This document shows positions 1 through 8,978 of a DNA stretch of 64,000 nucleotides, piece after piece. The stretch's first letter is position 1, and each line of letters begins with the position of its first letter. The notes under the pieces are model-generated. The model made no database searches and was not told where the DNA came from. It was given only the letters and a program-made list of their open reading frames with translations. Source of the DNA: Polyangiaceae bacterium (lineage in GTDB: Bacteria; Myxococcota_A; Polyangia; Polyangiales; Polyangiaceae); assembly GCA_033763455.1 (NCBI GenBank), contig JANRKO010000062.1, forward strand, positions 87,816-151,815. The letters run 5' to 3'. Both the position numbers and the translations under genes were made by a program.

Positions 1-495
1 GAGGCCCTGGAGTTCATGATTTGCAGACAAAATGTCCAAGGGATCGGCCGTTAGCCAGCGGTGTATGATAGGGCCAAGGCTCGCCGCAAATAGCGGCTCG
101 AGCTTTTTGGGGACCTGAACGGGGAGGTCTAGTCCGAAGGCCTCGAGCAACGTCGGCTGGAGCAAGTGCTGCCGTTCCGTGAGATCGGAATCATACGAGT
201 AGGCGTTTTTATATTCACCGCGCCGTTCGTTGAAGATCAGATCGAAGTGCACGAACATCGTCCGACTGCCCTTGAGAGATCCCAAGCGCTGAGTGAGCAC
301 TCCGGGTTGGATGAGGTACGAAGCTTTGGGAGGGATCTCGATCGCTTGCTTTTCAACGACGATCTGTTCTGTGCCTTCGTAATTGAGCACCAGGAGATAA
401 TGGGGGAGCCTACGTTCAAGGATCTCCCACGGTGGGCGCTTGAAATCCAGAGCGTCGAGGATCCAAACGGCGTAGGGGCGTTCCAGCGCAAGCAT
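1..495 (-). CDS. AraC-family transcriptional regulator, N-terminal cupin domain (runs off the window edge)
   Basis: Not in the ORF track. Manual minus-strand translation from ATG 495 is open to base 1: MLALERPYAVW...ERRLPHYLLVLNYEGTEQIVVEKQAIEIPPKASYLIQPG...MFVHFDL, a pattern typical of AraC cupin sensor domains. The HTH would lie outside the window. Confidence 0.65.
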   Translation of the reverse strand, partial: MLALERPYAVWILDALDFKRPPWEILERRLPHYLLVLNYEGTEQIVVEKQAIEIPPKASYLIQPGVLTQRLGSLKGSRTMFVHFDLIFNERRGEYKNAYSYDSDLTERQHLLQPTLLEAFGLDLPVQVPKKLEPLFAASLGPIIHRWLTADPLDILSANHELQGL

Positions 496-792
496 CGTCT
501 ACTTCGCGTTCAGAGCAGGCATGAGCTTAGCAGTTACCAGCCCGCGGTGGACCAAAAAGGCGCACGAGGCCCTCAGATTATTGTGCGAAAAGGCCTGCTT
601 CCGGTGGCGCAATGATTCAAAAAGTGGAGTGTCAGACAAAGTGTCTACTGGCCACATCATGCCACGAACGCCCTTGCTCTTTTCTACGTACAGTCCCTCG
701 TAGTTGGCGAGCGCATCCGGTGCGTATCGGCCAGCGTAGGAAGCGTGGGCTTGCTGGGAGCTTTGCCAGGTGAGCCAACCAAGCGCCGCGGA

Positions 793-1956
793 TCACAATG
801 GGACGCGGAACGAGGGTACAGCGTTGCGCCGAAAGTGAGAAGGCGTTTGCTTCAGGACCCTGCGAAACGCCACCTGCAATTGGCGAACTTTTCCAAAACC
901 ACTTCGGTAGGCTACATTCTCCATACCGAGCTCGCTTTCGGCCAGCAGGCGCTCGGCCTCTTCGAGGCGAAAGCGGAGCCAGGCCTGGGCCGGCGAGATG
1001 CCGATCGATTCTCTGAACTTTCGCTCCAGAGTTCGGCGTGAGCAGCCAATGGTGTCGAAAAGCTCGCGTAGGCAGTTTTCGTCCGTGGCGTTTGCTTGCA
1101 AGTGGATCAGAGCTCGCGCAACCGACGGGTCACCTGCAGCAATGGCCTCCGTTGAGCGCCGGGTAACGACTCGAATGGGGGGCAACCGAATGTGCTCGGC
1201 CGGGGCTCCCTCAAGGGCCATCCGCTCAAGGAGGTTCGCAGCCACGTAGCCGCTGCGTTCACCAGCTATTTGCACGCTACTCAACGAAGGAGCCGCCAAC
1301 GCGCAGACGGGGACGTCGTTGTCGACACCTAGGAGCGCAATCTGCTCTGGGACGGAAATCCCCAGCTCTCTGCACAATTCCGTTGCGGACAGCGCCGCAT
1401 TGTCCGAGGCGCACAGGACGGCGGCTGGTTGGGGCAGGCTCAGAAGCCAACTTCTTAGCTCCTCCAGCTCACGGGTGAGCGAGCCGGTGCTGGCATAGGA
1501 CGGATGGCTTGGTGTTGCCGACGTGACAGCCACCTGACACTCATGCCCGAGCTTGCGAAGCGCTGTCTGAAATTCACGGCAGCGAGCGTCGACCGCGCCT
1601 TCAACAGTGGCATAGTACCCGAAGTGTCGGTAGCCGCGCCCCATGAAGTAACCTGCCGCCATCTTGCCGATTGCCGATTCGTCGTTATCGACGGATCCCA
1701 CGCCGGGGGACGTAGGCGCTTCGCCGAAACACACAAGAGGGATTTGGGCGCGTTGGATCAGACCTAGACATTTCGCATCTAGATGTTTGCCTAAGATGCC
1801 ATCAGGAGTTACCTGCAACAGCCGTTCAATACCTGACACGCTCGGGCTTTCCCAAGTAAATACCCACGGTTTGCTCGGTCGCGCATAGGCCGCGATCCCC
1901 CGCAGAAACATCTCGCTTGGGCCGCCCCGGCGGTCCATCGCCAAACCTACGTGCAT
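793..1956 (-). CDS. XylR-type regulator (LacI/periplasmic-binding-protein sensor plus AraC HTH)
   Basis: Motifs GISVPEQIALLGVDND, PSLSSV, PPIRVVTRRST and C-terminal SRRTLERKFRESIGISP...SGF...AFRR...TPSHFR. Start placed at MHVGLAMD by similarity to the paralogue at 42485-43615. Confidence 0.9.
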   Translation of the reverse strand: MHVGLAMDRRGGPSEMFLRGIAAYARPSKPWVFTWESPSVSGIERLLQVTPDGILGKHLDAKCLGLIQRAQIPLVCFGEAPTSPGVGSVDNDESAIGKMAAGYFMGRGYRHFGYYATVEGAVDARCREFQTALRKLGHECQVAVTSATPSHPSYASTGSLTRELEELRSWLLSLPQPAAVLCASDNAALSATELCRELGISVPEQIALLGVDNDVPVCALAAPSLSSVQIAGERSGYVAANLLERMALEGAPAEHIRLPPIRVVTRRSTEAIAAGDPSVARALIHLQANATDENCLRELFDTIGCSRRTLERKFRESIGISPAQAWLRFRLEEAERLLAESELGMENVAYRSGFGKVRQLQVAFRRVLKQTPSHFRRNAVPSFRVPL

Positions 1957-1974
1957 CGTAGCTCGCAATCGGTT

Positions 1975-2129
1975 GTGTCGCGAACAGCCGCATTCCTCAC
2001 AAACACTGGCGCAAGTATGAAGGCCCGCCGCCGGTTGCGCCAGCAGCGCAGAAGTTCTCGCACAGAAGTAGAAAAACACTGGCACTTTCTCGAGCCACCC
2101 GACGCTACGGCGTGTCGCAAATGCACGCA
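1975..2129 (+). promoter_or_regulatory. Repeated candidate operator GTGTCGCRAAYNNNCGCA in the XylR/DUF1592 divergent region
   Basis: gtgtcgcgaacagccgca at 1975-1992 and gtgtcgcaaatgcacgca at 2112-2129. A related TGGCGCAA lies at 2007-2014. Confidence 0.35.
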
Positions 2130-2256
2130 CGAAAGTCGGCAACCGGGCTTGTTTGGCATTAGTTGGCCCCGTAGATTGCCTATTATCGACACGAACCTGT
2201 CGGCCTTTTGGCGCCGAATAACGGGCGTCCAACTGTCTATTTGGAGAACCGCACCC

Positions 2257-4014
2257 ATGCGCTACGCGTACCGCGACTACACGAGCAGCTCGACCCTGCC
2301 GGGAGCCAAAGGCTCGCATGCATTGCTCCCCTCATTGCTAGGTTGCTGTCTTCTGCTGGCCGCGGGCTGCGCCAACGAGGCAGAGAGGGGGCCGGGCCGA
2401 AGTCCTTTAGGTCCGGCTACGCCAGCGGTGGGCGACCCAACTTCGATGCCCGGCGGCATGCCAAGTGGAACTCCAGGCCCAGGCCCAGGTCCAGGGGTTG
2501 TCGCTCCCGGCATGGTGCCGGTACCCGCCGGCGCGGTGGTGGGACCTGCGCTCGCGCGTCGGCTCACCAATGTGGAGTTCCTGAACACGATCCAGGATCT
2601 TCTTCACCCGCAGGCTCCTCCCTCCGCCAGCCTCACGCCCGACACGCTGACGCGCGGGTTCGATAACCTGAGCGGATCCTTGCTGGTGCCTCCGTCAACT
2701 GCGTTTGCGTACGCGGAGTTTGCCGCCGAACAGGCGAAGTCGTTTCAGGTACCCGCGTGCGCCGCGCCCGCAGCGGAGGCGGACTGTGCGCAATCGTTCA
2801 TTGCAAGCTTCGGCAAGTTGGCGTTTCGTCGTCCCCTCACCGCTGAGCAGTCGGCGCAGTACCTAGCTCTCTATACTGACCAAAAGGGTCGGAGCGATCA
2901 CGCGGGGGGCATTCGGCAGGTGGTGCAGACGATGCTGCAGTCACCGTACTTCTTGTATCGTTACGAGAACGGCACCGAGGGCGCCCAGCGGACGCTCACG
3001 CAGCATGAGATTGCGAGCCAACTCTCGTACTTCTTGACGGCCACCATGCCCGATTCAGATCTGTTCCAAGCAGCGGATAACGGCCAGCTCTCCAGCGTAG
3101 AGCAGATCACCGCACAGGCGCAGCGCCTCTTGGGCAGCGAGAAGGCAAAGCCGGCAATACGTCGGTTCGTACTGGGGTTTTCGGAGCTCCTTGCCTTCGA
3201 TCGAGTGGTCAAAGACAACGCCACCTATCCTGAGTTCACGGCCAAGCTTTCCGGAGCAATGCTGGAAGAGACCAGTCGCTTCATCGATGAGGTGCTGTGG
3301 CAAGGCGACGGCACTTACTCCACCCTCTTCTCGGCGCCCTATTCGTTCATCAATAGCGATCTCGCACCGTTCTACGGAGTGGCGGATCCCGGGCAGGGCG
3401 GCACGTTCGTCAAGACCAATCTCCCGGGCACAGAGCGTCTCGGTCTCTTGACGCAGGCATCGGTCCTTGCGAGTCACGCAAAGCCGGGTGAATCCTCGCC
3501 CATTCATCGAGGGAAGTTCGTGCGCGTCGCGCTGCTTTGCCAGAACCTGCCAGCACCGCCCGCAGTTGTGCCAAAGCTCCCACCACCTTCCCCGAATCTG
3601 ACCACTCGTGAGCGCATCACGCAGCATTCAGCAGATCCCGCGTGTTCAGGCTGCCACCAACTGATCGATCCCATTGGGTTCGGACTCGAAAACTACGACG
3701 GCATTGGTAAGTTCCGTACAGTTGAAAGCGGCATGCCCGTCAATGCGGCGGGCGCGTTCACCAGCACTTCGGACCTCAATGGCGCATTCGTGGGGGGAAC
3801 TGAGCTCGCCGCCAAGCTGGCGGCCAGTCGAGAGGCTCAGCAGTGCTTGGCCCAACGCGCTTACGGCTGGGCTTTCGGGCGCTCGGTGCTCGACCAAGAA
3901 CTTCCCAAGCTCGCGGAGTTGCTCGGCCCGTTGTCGCAGTCTGGTTTGAATATCAAAGAGGTCATGTTGGCCATCACACGCGCCGATAATTTCAGGTTTC
4001 GGTCATTCGAATGA
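2257..4014 (+). CDS. DUF1592/DUF1588/DUF1595-family lipoprotein with one c-type heme motif (copy 1)
   Basis: Lipobox LAAGC, ARRLTNVEFLNTIQDLL, FGKLAFRRPL, LQSPYFLYR, EIASQLSYFL...PD, SSPIHRGKFVR, CSGCHQLIDPIGFGLENYDGIG. GGAGA RBS precedes ATG 2257. Confidence 0.9.
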   Translation: MRYAYRDYTSSSTLPGAKGSHALLPSLLGCCLLLAAGCANEAERGPGRSPLGPATPAVGDPTSMPGGMPSGTPGPGPGPGVVAPGMVPVPAGAVVGPALARRLTNVEFLNTIQDLLHPQAPPSASLTPDTLTRGFDNLSGSLLVPPSTAFAYAEFAAEQAKSFQVPACAAPAAEADCAQSFIASFGKLAFRRPLTAEQSAQYLALYTDQKGRSDHAGGIRQVVQTMLQSPYFLYRYENGTEGAQRTLTQHEIASQLSYFLTATMPDSDLFQAADNGQLSSVEQITAQAQRLLGSEKAKPAIRRFVLGFSELLAFDRVVKDNATYPEFTAKLSGAMLEETSRFIDEVLWQGDGTYSTLFSAPYSFINSDLAPFYGVADPGQGGTFVKTNLPGTERLGLLTQASVLASHAKPGESSPIHRGKFVRVALLCQNLPAPPAVVPKLPPPSPNLTTRERITQHSADPACSGCHQLIDPIGFGLENYDGIGKFRTVESGMPVNAAGAFTSTSDLNGAFVGGTELAAKLAASREAQQCLAQRAYGWAFGRSVLDQELPKLAELLGPLSQSGLNIKEVMLAITRADNFRFRSFE

Positions 4015-4051
4015 TCACGCCGCGCAAGCTTCCCCGTAGAAAGGAAACCAC

Positions 4052-5464
4052 ATGATTTCTCGCGCAGTCCTGAAACGACGCTCACTCTTGAAGCAGCTAG
4101 GTGCCTCGGCATTCCTTGCGATTCCAGTGTTCCGCTCGGTCATCGCTGAGGCTCAGGCAACCGCGCCTAAGCGATTGGTCTTGTTTCACTTTCCAAGCGG
4201 AGTGAGCACGAAGCAACTAGGAATGGAGGAGACGGTCAAGAACTCAACTTGGGACTATGACTACGTTCTCCAGGGTCTCAAAGAGATCCAGTCTGACGTC
4301 ATTGTTTTTCAGAACATGACGCATCCCACGGGTGATATTGTAAGCTCGTTCAACGAACTCGAAGGTCACGGGGGTGGCATGCGGACAATGTTCACTGGCA
4401 GCACCGACCATGCTTCTACCGAAATTGTCCCAGTATCCCAGGCCTACGGAAAAACATCCTCGATCGATCAGCTAGTGGCCAATGCGCTCCAGCCGACGAC
4501 GCAGTTTGGCTCACTGCAGCTGGGGGTGATCACTACCGCCAACGGTACCGCAGAAGGTCGGCGTTGTATCTTCAACAACGGGACTCACCTGGAGCCTGTG
4601 GAGGATCCCCAAGCCGTATTCTCTCGGCTATTCCCTAGTGGAGCGGCAGCGCCAGCCCCTTCCAGCACCATGGCGCCCGATCCTAATGCGACAGCAGAGC
4701 TTCTGGCTGTTTACCAGCAGGGCAAGAGCCGTTTGGATCAGTTGAAAGCTGAGTTAGAAGCCGTTCGCAGTATCGTTTCCACCGAGGAGCGAGCCAAGTT
4801 CGACCTGCACCTGACGTCACTGCGCGAGCTTGAAAATGCCCTACCTCGGGTTGGGGGCTCTGGGGGCATTTCTCAAGGCGTGACCTGCCAAGCACCCAAC
4901 ATCGGCGGCATCCAAGGAACCCAGAAGAACGCGCCTGAATATTACAGTGTGGACTTCATTCAGCAGTTGGGGCCAGTCATGCAGGAGCTGGCCTATCAGG
5001 CCATCAACTGCGATTTGAGCCGCATCGTGAGCTTCCAATGGCTCTCCACGGGAGACAACAGCATCTTCCCTTTCCTCGGCATCAAAGACACTCATCACCA
5101 CCTAGAGCACGGGTGGGGTGGGGGCGCGGGGATCAAAGGGGATTACGACAAGATCCAGACATGGCTCATGGATCAGATCTCTATGTTCATCAAACGCCTG
5201 CGCATGACACCTGAGAGCAACGGCAACATGCTGGACAACAGCGTGGTTCTCGTAGCCTCTGAGATGTGGGGTGGTCACGGCCACCAGGAGTACATCGGGC
5301 TGGTGGCTGGCAAGGGCGGTGGTGCCATCCGCCCAGGGCGTGTGTTGGACGCCGGAGGTCGGTCGAACAATGATCTGCTGGTTACCATCGCCAACGCGAT
5401 GGGCGTTAACGTGAACAGCGTGGGCGACCCGATGTACTGCGCCGGGCCAATCGATCTAAGTTGA
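4052..5464 (+). CDS. DUF1552-family protein with Tat signal (copy 1)
   Basis: KRRSLLK Tat motif, PKRLVLFHFPSG, SIDQLVA, HLTSLRELE, CDLSRIVS, MLDNSVVLVASEM. Directly follows the DUF1592 gene. Confidence 0.9.
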   Translation: MISRAVLKRRSLLKQLGASAFLAIPVFRSVIAEAQATAPKRLVLFHFPSGVSTKQLGMEETVKNSTWDYDYVLQGLKEIQSDVIVFQNMTHPTGDIVSSFNELEGHGGGMRTMFTGSTDHASTEIVPVSQAYGKTSSIDQLVANALQPTTQFGSLQLGVITTANGTAEGRRCIFNNGTHLEPVEDPQAVFSRLFPSGAAAPAPSSTMAPDPNATAELLAVYQQGKSRLDQLKAELEAVRSIVSTEERAKFDLHLTSLRELENALPRVGGSGGISQGVTCQAPNIGGIQGTQKNAPEYYSVDFIQQLGPVMQELAYQAINCDLSRIVSFQWLSTGDNSIFPFLGIKDTHHHLEHGWGGGAGIKGDYDKIQTWLMDQISMFIKRLRMTPESNGNMLDNSVVLVASEMWGGHGHQEYIGLVAGKGGGAIRPGRVLDAGGRSNNDLLVTIANAMGVNVNSVGDPMYCAGPIDLS

Positions 5465-5539
5465 GGACAGTCGAGCTTGCTGCAACAACCACGACCCGTG
5501 GCAACGCCGCTCACGGTATCTGACGTGGGGCCCTCGTAC

Positions 5540-6796
5540 CTACGGGTTCCGTGATTCAAGCCCGTTCGAGATAGCGCTGTGAAGGGCGGTGAGGCTGCGA
5601 GCGCAGTCGTGGGTGAGCGGATTATCTGTGCGGCGCACATACCCACCCAACAATGACGTGAGTTGTGCTTTGGTGCGTACGAGCTTCTGTTGGCTGAAGA
5701 AAATGTCCGGGAGCATTCCCGAGTACCAACCTTCCACCAGGCCGCGGAAGACGGATACGGCCTGCCCCATGGGCACTGTGTACTCGGCATCCCAATCTAC
5801 GGGCTGCCCCGAGAGTGCTCGGTGAATAAGCTCCGCTGAGATGGTTGCCGATTCGAGCGCCAGAGTAACGCCCGAGGAAAAAACAGGATCGAGGAAGTCC
5901 CCCGCGTTTCCAGCTACCGCCCAGCGGTCCCCATGCAAGCGGTGGTTCTTTGTGGAATATTCGCGCAGGATCTGCGGCGGCAGCACAGGAACTGCCTGAG
6001 ATAGCCGCAACTGGGCGTTTGGATCGCGGCGGAGCTGGCTGAGCAGGCGCTCAAGCGGGGTACCCGGCAAGCTTTCCCAATATTCCGGGTCACACACCAT
6101 GCCGACGGACGTACGCCCGTTGGAAAATGGGATGAGCCACAGCCAACCGTTGTTGGGGTGACAGCAAACCCAAATGTCCCCCTCATCGGAGCTCGGGCGG
6201 GCGTCCCCCTCGAAGTGCGTAAAACATGCCACCCGGTGAGGAAGCCCTGTAGCCACGTCTAGCTTAAGGAGGCGAGCCAAGACGCGCCCGTAGCCGCTGC
6301 AATCCAAGACCCAACGCGCACGAAGGTTGGAGCTTCGGTTCCTCCAAGTGTCTTCGACCACAGCCGTAACCCCATCGTGATCGAAAGCTACCTCCTTCAC
6401 CTCCTGCCCAAAACGCAGATCCACGCCTTGCCGTCGTGCTTCACTGGCTAACGTCTGATCGAAATCATCTCGCGGTACCTGGTAGGTGGTAGGGAGGTCC
6501 CCCGCGAGTCCGTCGGCGAAGGCAAAACGCTCGCGCTCTTGACCACGCAGAAAGTATGCAGCCTTCTTAACCATGTAGCCGCGCCGCTCGACAGCGCCGA
6601 GGAGGCCCAGCTGCCCGAGCAACGCGTTCGCTCGCGGGAGTAGAGATTCCCCCACCACTTGTCGCGGAAAATGCCCCCGTTCCAAGCAAACGACACGGTG
6701 CCCTTTAGCCACGAGGGCGACAGATGCCGCTGATCCCGCAGGCCCCGCCCCGATCACGATCACGTCCGCCCTGTCTTCCTCTACGGTGTTCGTCAC
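5540..6796 (-). CDS. FAD-dependent oxidoreductase of the flavin-dependent halogenase family
   Basis: GAGPAG Rossmann motif, FPRQVVGESLLP, WLWLIPF (WxWxIP), GNAGDFLDPVFSSGV. Start uncertain (GTG 6796, alternatively ATG 6865). Confidence 0.85.
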   Translation of the reverse strand: MTNTVEEDRADVIVIGAGPAGSAASVALVAKGHRVVCLERGHFPRQVVGESLLPRANALLGQLGLLGAVERRGYMVKKAAYFLRGQERERFAFADGLAGDLPTTYQVPRDDFDQTLASEARRQGVDLRFGQEVKEVAFDHDGVTAVVEDTWRNRSSNLRARWVLDCSGYGRVLARLLKLDVATGLPHRVACFTHFEGDARPSSDEGDIWVCCHPNNGWLWLIPFSNGRTSVGMVCDPEYWESLPGTPLERLLSQLRRDPNAQLRLSQAVPVLPPQILREYSTKNHRLHGDRWAVAGNAGDFLDPVFSSGVTLALESATISAELIHRALSGQPVDWDAEYTVPMGQAVSVFRGLVEGWYSGMLPDIFFSQQKLVRTKAQLTSLLGGYVRRTDNPLTHDCARSLTALHSAISNGLESRNP

Positions 6797-6891
6797 AGGT
6801 TGAGTGGTTAGGCTCCGAATTGAGTTAGAGGCAAGCGATTTTCGCTTGCGGGGGTAGGGCTCCATCGGCACACTCGTTGGCTGAGATCGCA

Positions 6892-7776
6892 ATGGTGACG
6901 CTTCGTGGGTGGTTTGGGCGTACGCTGCAATTGCTGAGGATCTTGCTGTGTGGGCTGGCGTTTGTTGGGTTTGGGGTCGGCGGGGTTCTCTTGGCATGGT
7001 GTGTGTTGCCGCTAGTGGCTTTGTGGCCAGGCGGAGCTTTTGAGCGCCGTCAGCTCTGCCAGCGTCTGGTTCGCGGCGCTTGGATCGTGTTTCACGACTA
7101 TATGAGGCTTACCGGTCTGGTGGCGTTCAACCATCGGCAGGTGGAGCTGCATGTAGAGCATCCGTCGGTGATTATCGCCAACCATCCAACATTGGTTGAT
7201 ATTACGGCGCTGGGTTCGGCACTTGGTGCGGTGTGTTTTGTTGCAAAGCGGCCACTCTTCAAAAACCCCGTTTTTGGCCCCCTGTTGAGGGTGTGCGGAC
7301 ACATTTGTGGTGCCGAGCGTGACGTCGCGGAGGCAGACGGCGCTTTTGCCCAAGCTCTCCTGCGGCTCAGCGAAGGGCACAGCGTCTTGTTGTTTCCAGA
7401 GGGCACTCGGTCGCCCGTCCATGGCCTCAGGCGCTTTCGCATCGGAGCCTTTGAGCTCGCTCGCCGGGCACGCGTGCCCCTCGTGGTCATCGGGATCAGC
7501 GCCGAGCCGCGCGCCCTCAGCAAAGGTACCCCATGGTACAGAATCCCCAAGGTAGCCATGCGGCTTCAGCTTTGGCCGCTGCTCACGTTCGACAACTGGG
7601 ACGCCGTGCCAGGCCTGGAGTCGCTTTCTGAGCTAAGAACGCGCGTGCGGGAGCTCTTGTGGGAGCGCACGGTTATGCCGGTAAAAGCTGGGAGCAACGA
7701 GCCGGGGCCGGGATCCGGAGCTGCAAATTTTCAACACACGGAGGCCATTTTGGATATAGAGAAAGCCATCCCGTGA
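6892..7776 (+). CDS. Lysophospholipid/PlsC-type acyltransferase (ApeD-like)
   Basis: NHPTLVD (HX4D) and FPEGTRS motifs, N-terminal hydrophobic helix. First gene of the aryl-polyene-like operon. Confidence 0.88.
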   Translation: MVTLRGWFGRTLQLLRILLCGLAFVGFGVGGVLLAWCVLPLVALWPGGAFERRQLCQRLVRGAWIVFHDYMRLTGLVAFNHRQVELHVEHPSVIIANHPTLVDITALGSALGAVCFVAKRPLFKNPVFGPLLRVCGHICGAERDVAEADGAFAQALLRLSEGHSVLLFPEGTRSPVHGLRRFRIGAFELARRARVPLVVIGISAEPRALSKGTPWYRIPKVAMRLQLWPLLTFDNWDAVPGLESLSELRTRVRELLWERTVMPVKAGSNEPGPGSGAANFQHTEAILDIEKAIP

Positions 7777-8078
7777 CCCTAGAAGAACTAGAATCAGAGC
7801 TTCGAACGCTCATCGTTGAGGCGCTCATGTTGAAAGATACCACGCCCGAGGAAATCGAGCCGACGGCGCCACTTTTCTTTCAAGGCCTAGGCCTGGATTC
7901 CATTGATGCGCTGGAGCTCTCGATTGCGATTGAAGGGCGCTGGGGCTTCAAAATAGAAACGGACGACGCTGAAGCTCGAAAGTCCTTCGCCTCGGTGCGC
8001 ACCCTGGCCGCCTTCATTTGGGCAAACATCCAAGCCAACGCGGGTTCCGAACCTTTGACCACCACGCACCGCTCATGA
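7773..8078 (+). CDS. Acyl carrier protein (ApeE-like)
   Basis: GLGLDSIDALEL phosphopantetheine motif. GTGA overlap with the upstream stop. Confidence 0.9.
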   Translation: MTLEELESELRTLIVEALMLKDTTPEEIEPTAPLFFQGLGLDSIDALELSIAIEGRWGFKIETDDAEARKSFASVRTLAAFIWANIQANAGSEPLTTTHRS

Positions 8079-8338
8079 CCCAGCCTGAAATCCTCGCCCA
8101 CGTACAAAAGTTGATGGTTGAACTGTTTGAACTCTCACCCGCGCAAGTCACGCCTGAGGCGCACCTCGTCAACGATTTGGACTTGGACAGCCTTGATGCC
8201 GTCGATATGGCGGTGAAGCTTGAAGAGCTAACGGGGCACCGGGTTGATGAGGCCGCGTTGCGATCGGTTCGAACCGTGGGGGACGTGGTGGCATTGGTGG
8301 ACACAATTTTGAATCCTCGGGCTCCTGAGCCAAGCTGA
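8075..8338 (+). CDS. Acyl carrier protein (ApeF-like)
   Basis: DLDLDSLDAVDM motif and RTVGDVV. ATGA overlap. Confidence 0.9.
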   Translation: MTQPEILAHVQKLMVELFELSPAQVTPEAHLVNDLDLDSLDAVDMAVKLEELTGHRVDEAALRSVRTVGDVVALVDTILNPRAPEPS

Positions 8339-8354
8339 GTGCCTCACGGGGTCT

Positions 8355-8978
8355 ATGCGGAAGGTGGTAGTCGGTATCAGCGCGACCCTTCTAGCTGTGG
8401 CTTACCCGGTCGTTGTGAGCGTGGGGCTGAAGCATTGGGCGGTGTCGCGGCTGGCGTTATTGATTGCAGCGGCTGCCGTGTTCGGTGCGGCTCTGCGTTG
8501 GCTTGCCGGCTCTAAGGGGTTGGGTTCGCTCTTAGTGCCTCCCACCCTTGTCGCCGTTCTTGCTTCAATGGCCTCGTGGCAGGGCGACGCCCGCTGGCTG
8601 CTGGCGCTGCCCAGTCTGGTCAATATTGGGCTTCTCATCAGCTTTGGGCAGTCTTTGTGGCTGTCGCCGCCTTTGGTGGAACGCTTTGCTCGCCTCGTCG
8701 AGCGGGAGCTGTCAACTGCGCAAGTCGCGTATTGTCGCCAGGTAACCCGCGTGTGGTGCGGGTTCTTCATCGTGAATGCTGGCATCTCGGGGCTATTGGC
8801 CTGGCGTGGCCCGATGAATTGGTGGGTTGCCTATACGGGTCTTATTTCCTACGTGTTGGTGGGTTCTTTGATGGCGGGAGAATACGTCTTTAGAAAGTGG
8901 CGCTTCCAGAAGTTTGGAGCTGGCCTCCACGATCGTTTTCTGGCGTTTTTCCTCGCACCCCGTGCTCCGAGGCCATGA
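8355..8978 (+). CDS. COG4648-type membrane protein (ApeG-like)
   Basis: Multiple TM helices with FGQSL...PLVERFARL...YCRQVTRVWCGFF..NA...WWVAYTGLISY, typical of APE/xanthomonadin clusters. Confidence 0.8.
   Translation: MRKVVVGISATLLAVAYPVVVSVGLKHWAVSRLALLIAAAAVFGAALRWLAGSKGLGSLLVPPTLVAVLASMASWQGDARWLLALPSLVNIGLLISFGQSLWLSPPLVERFARLVERELSTAQVAYCRQVTRVWCGFFIVNAGISGLLAWRGPMNWWVAYTGLISYVLVGSLMAGEYVFRKWRFQKFGAGLHDRFLAFFLAPRAPRP

Noticed and set aside
166..615. 149-aa + strand ORF, and the many other short overlapping ORFs in the track
   Set aside because: Antisense or alternate-frame shadows of well-supported genes in high-GC DNA, with no recognisable motifs.
1951..2256. Long N-terminal extensions of the XylR (to 2319) and DUF1592 (from 1951) ORFs
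   Set aside because: The two extensions overlap each other and lack homology. RBS and paralogue comparison favour starts at 1956 and 2257.
2473..2497. CCAGGC-type short repeats and other Gly/Pro-rich low-complexity tracts in secreted proteins
   Set aside because: These encode PGPGPG or Gly/Ser linkers. They are not CRISPR or mobile-element repeats.
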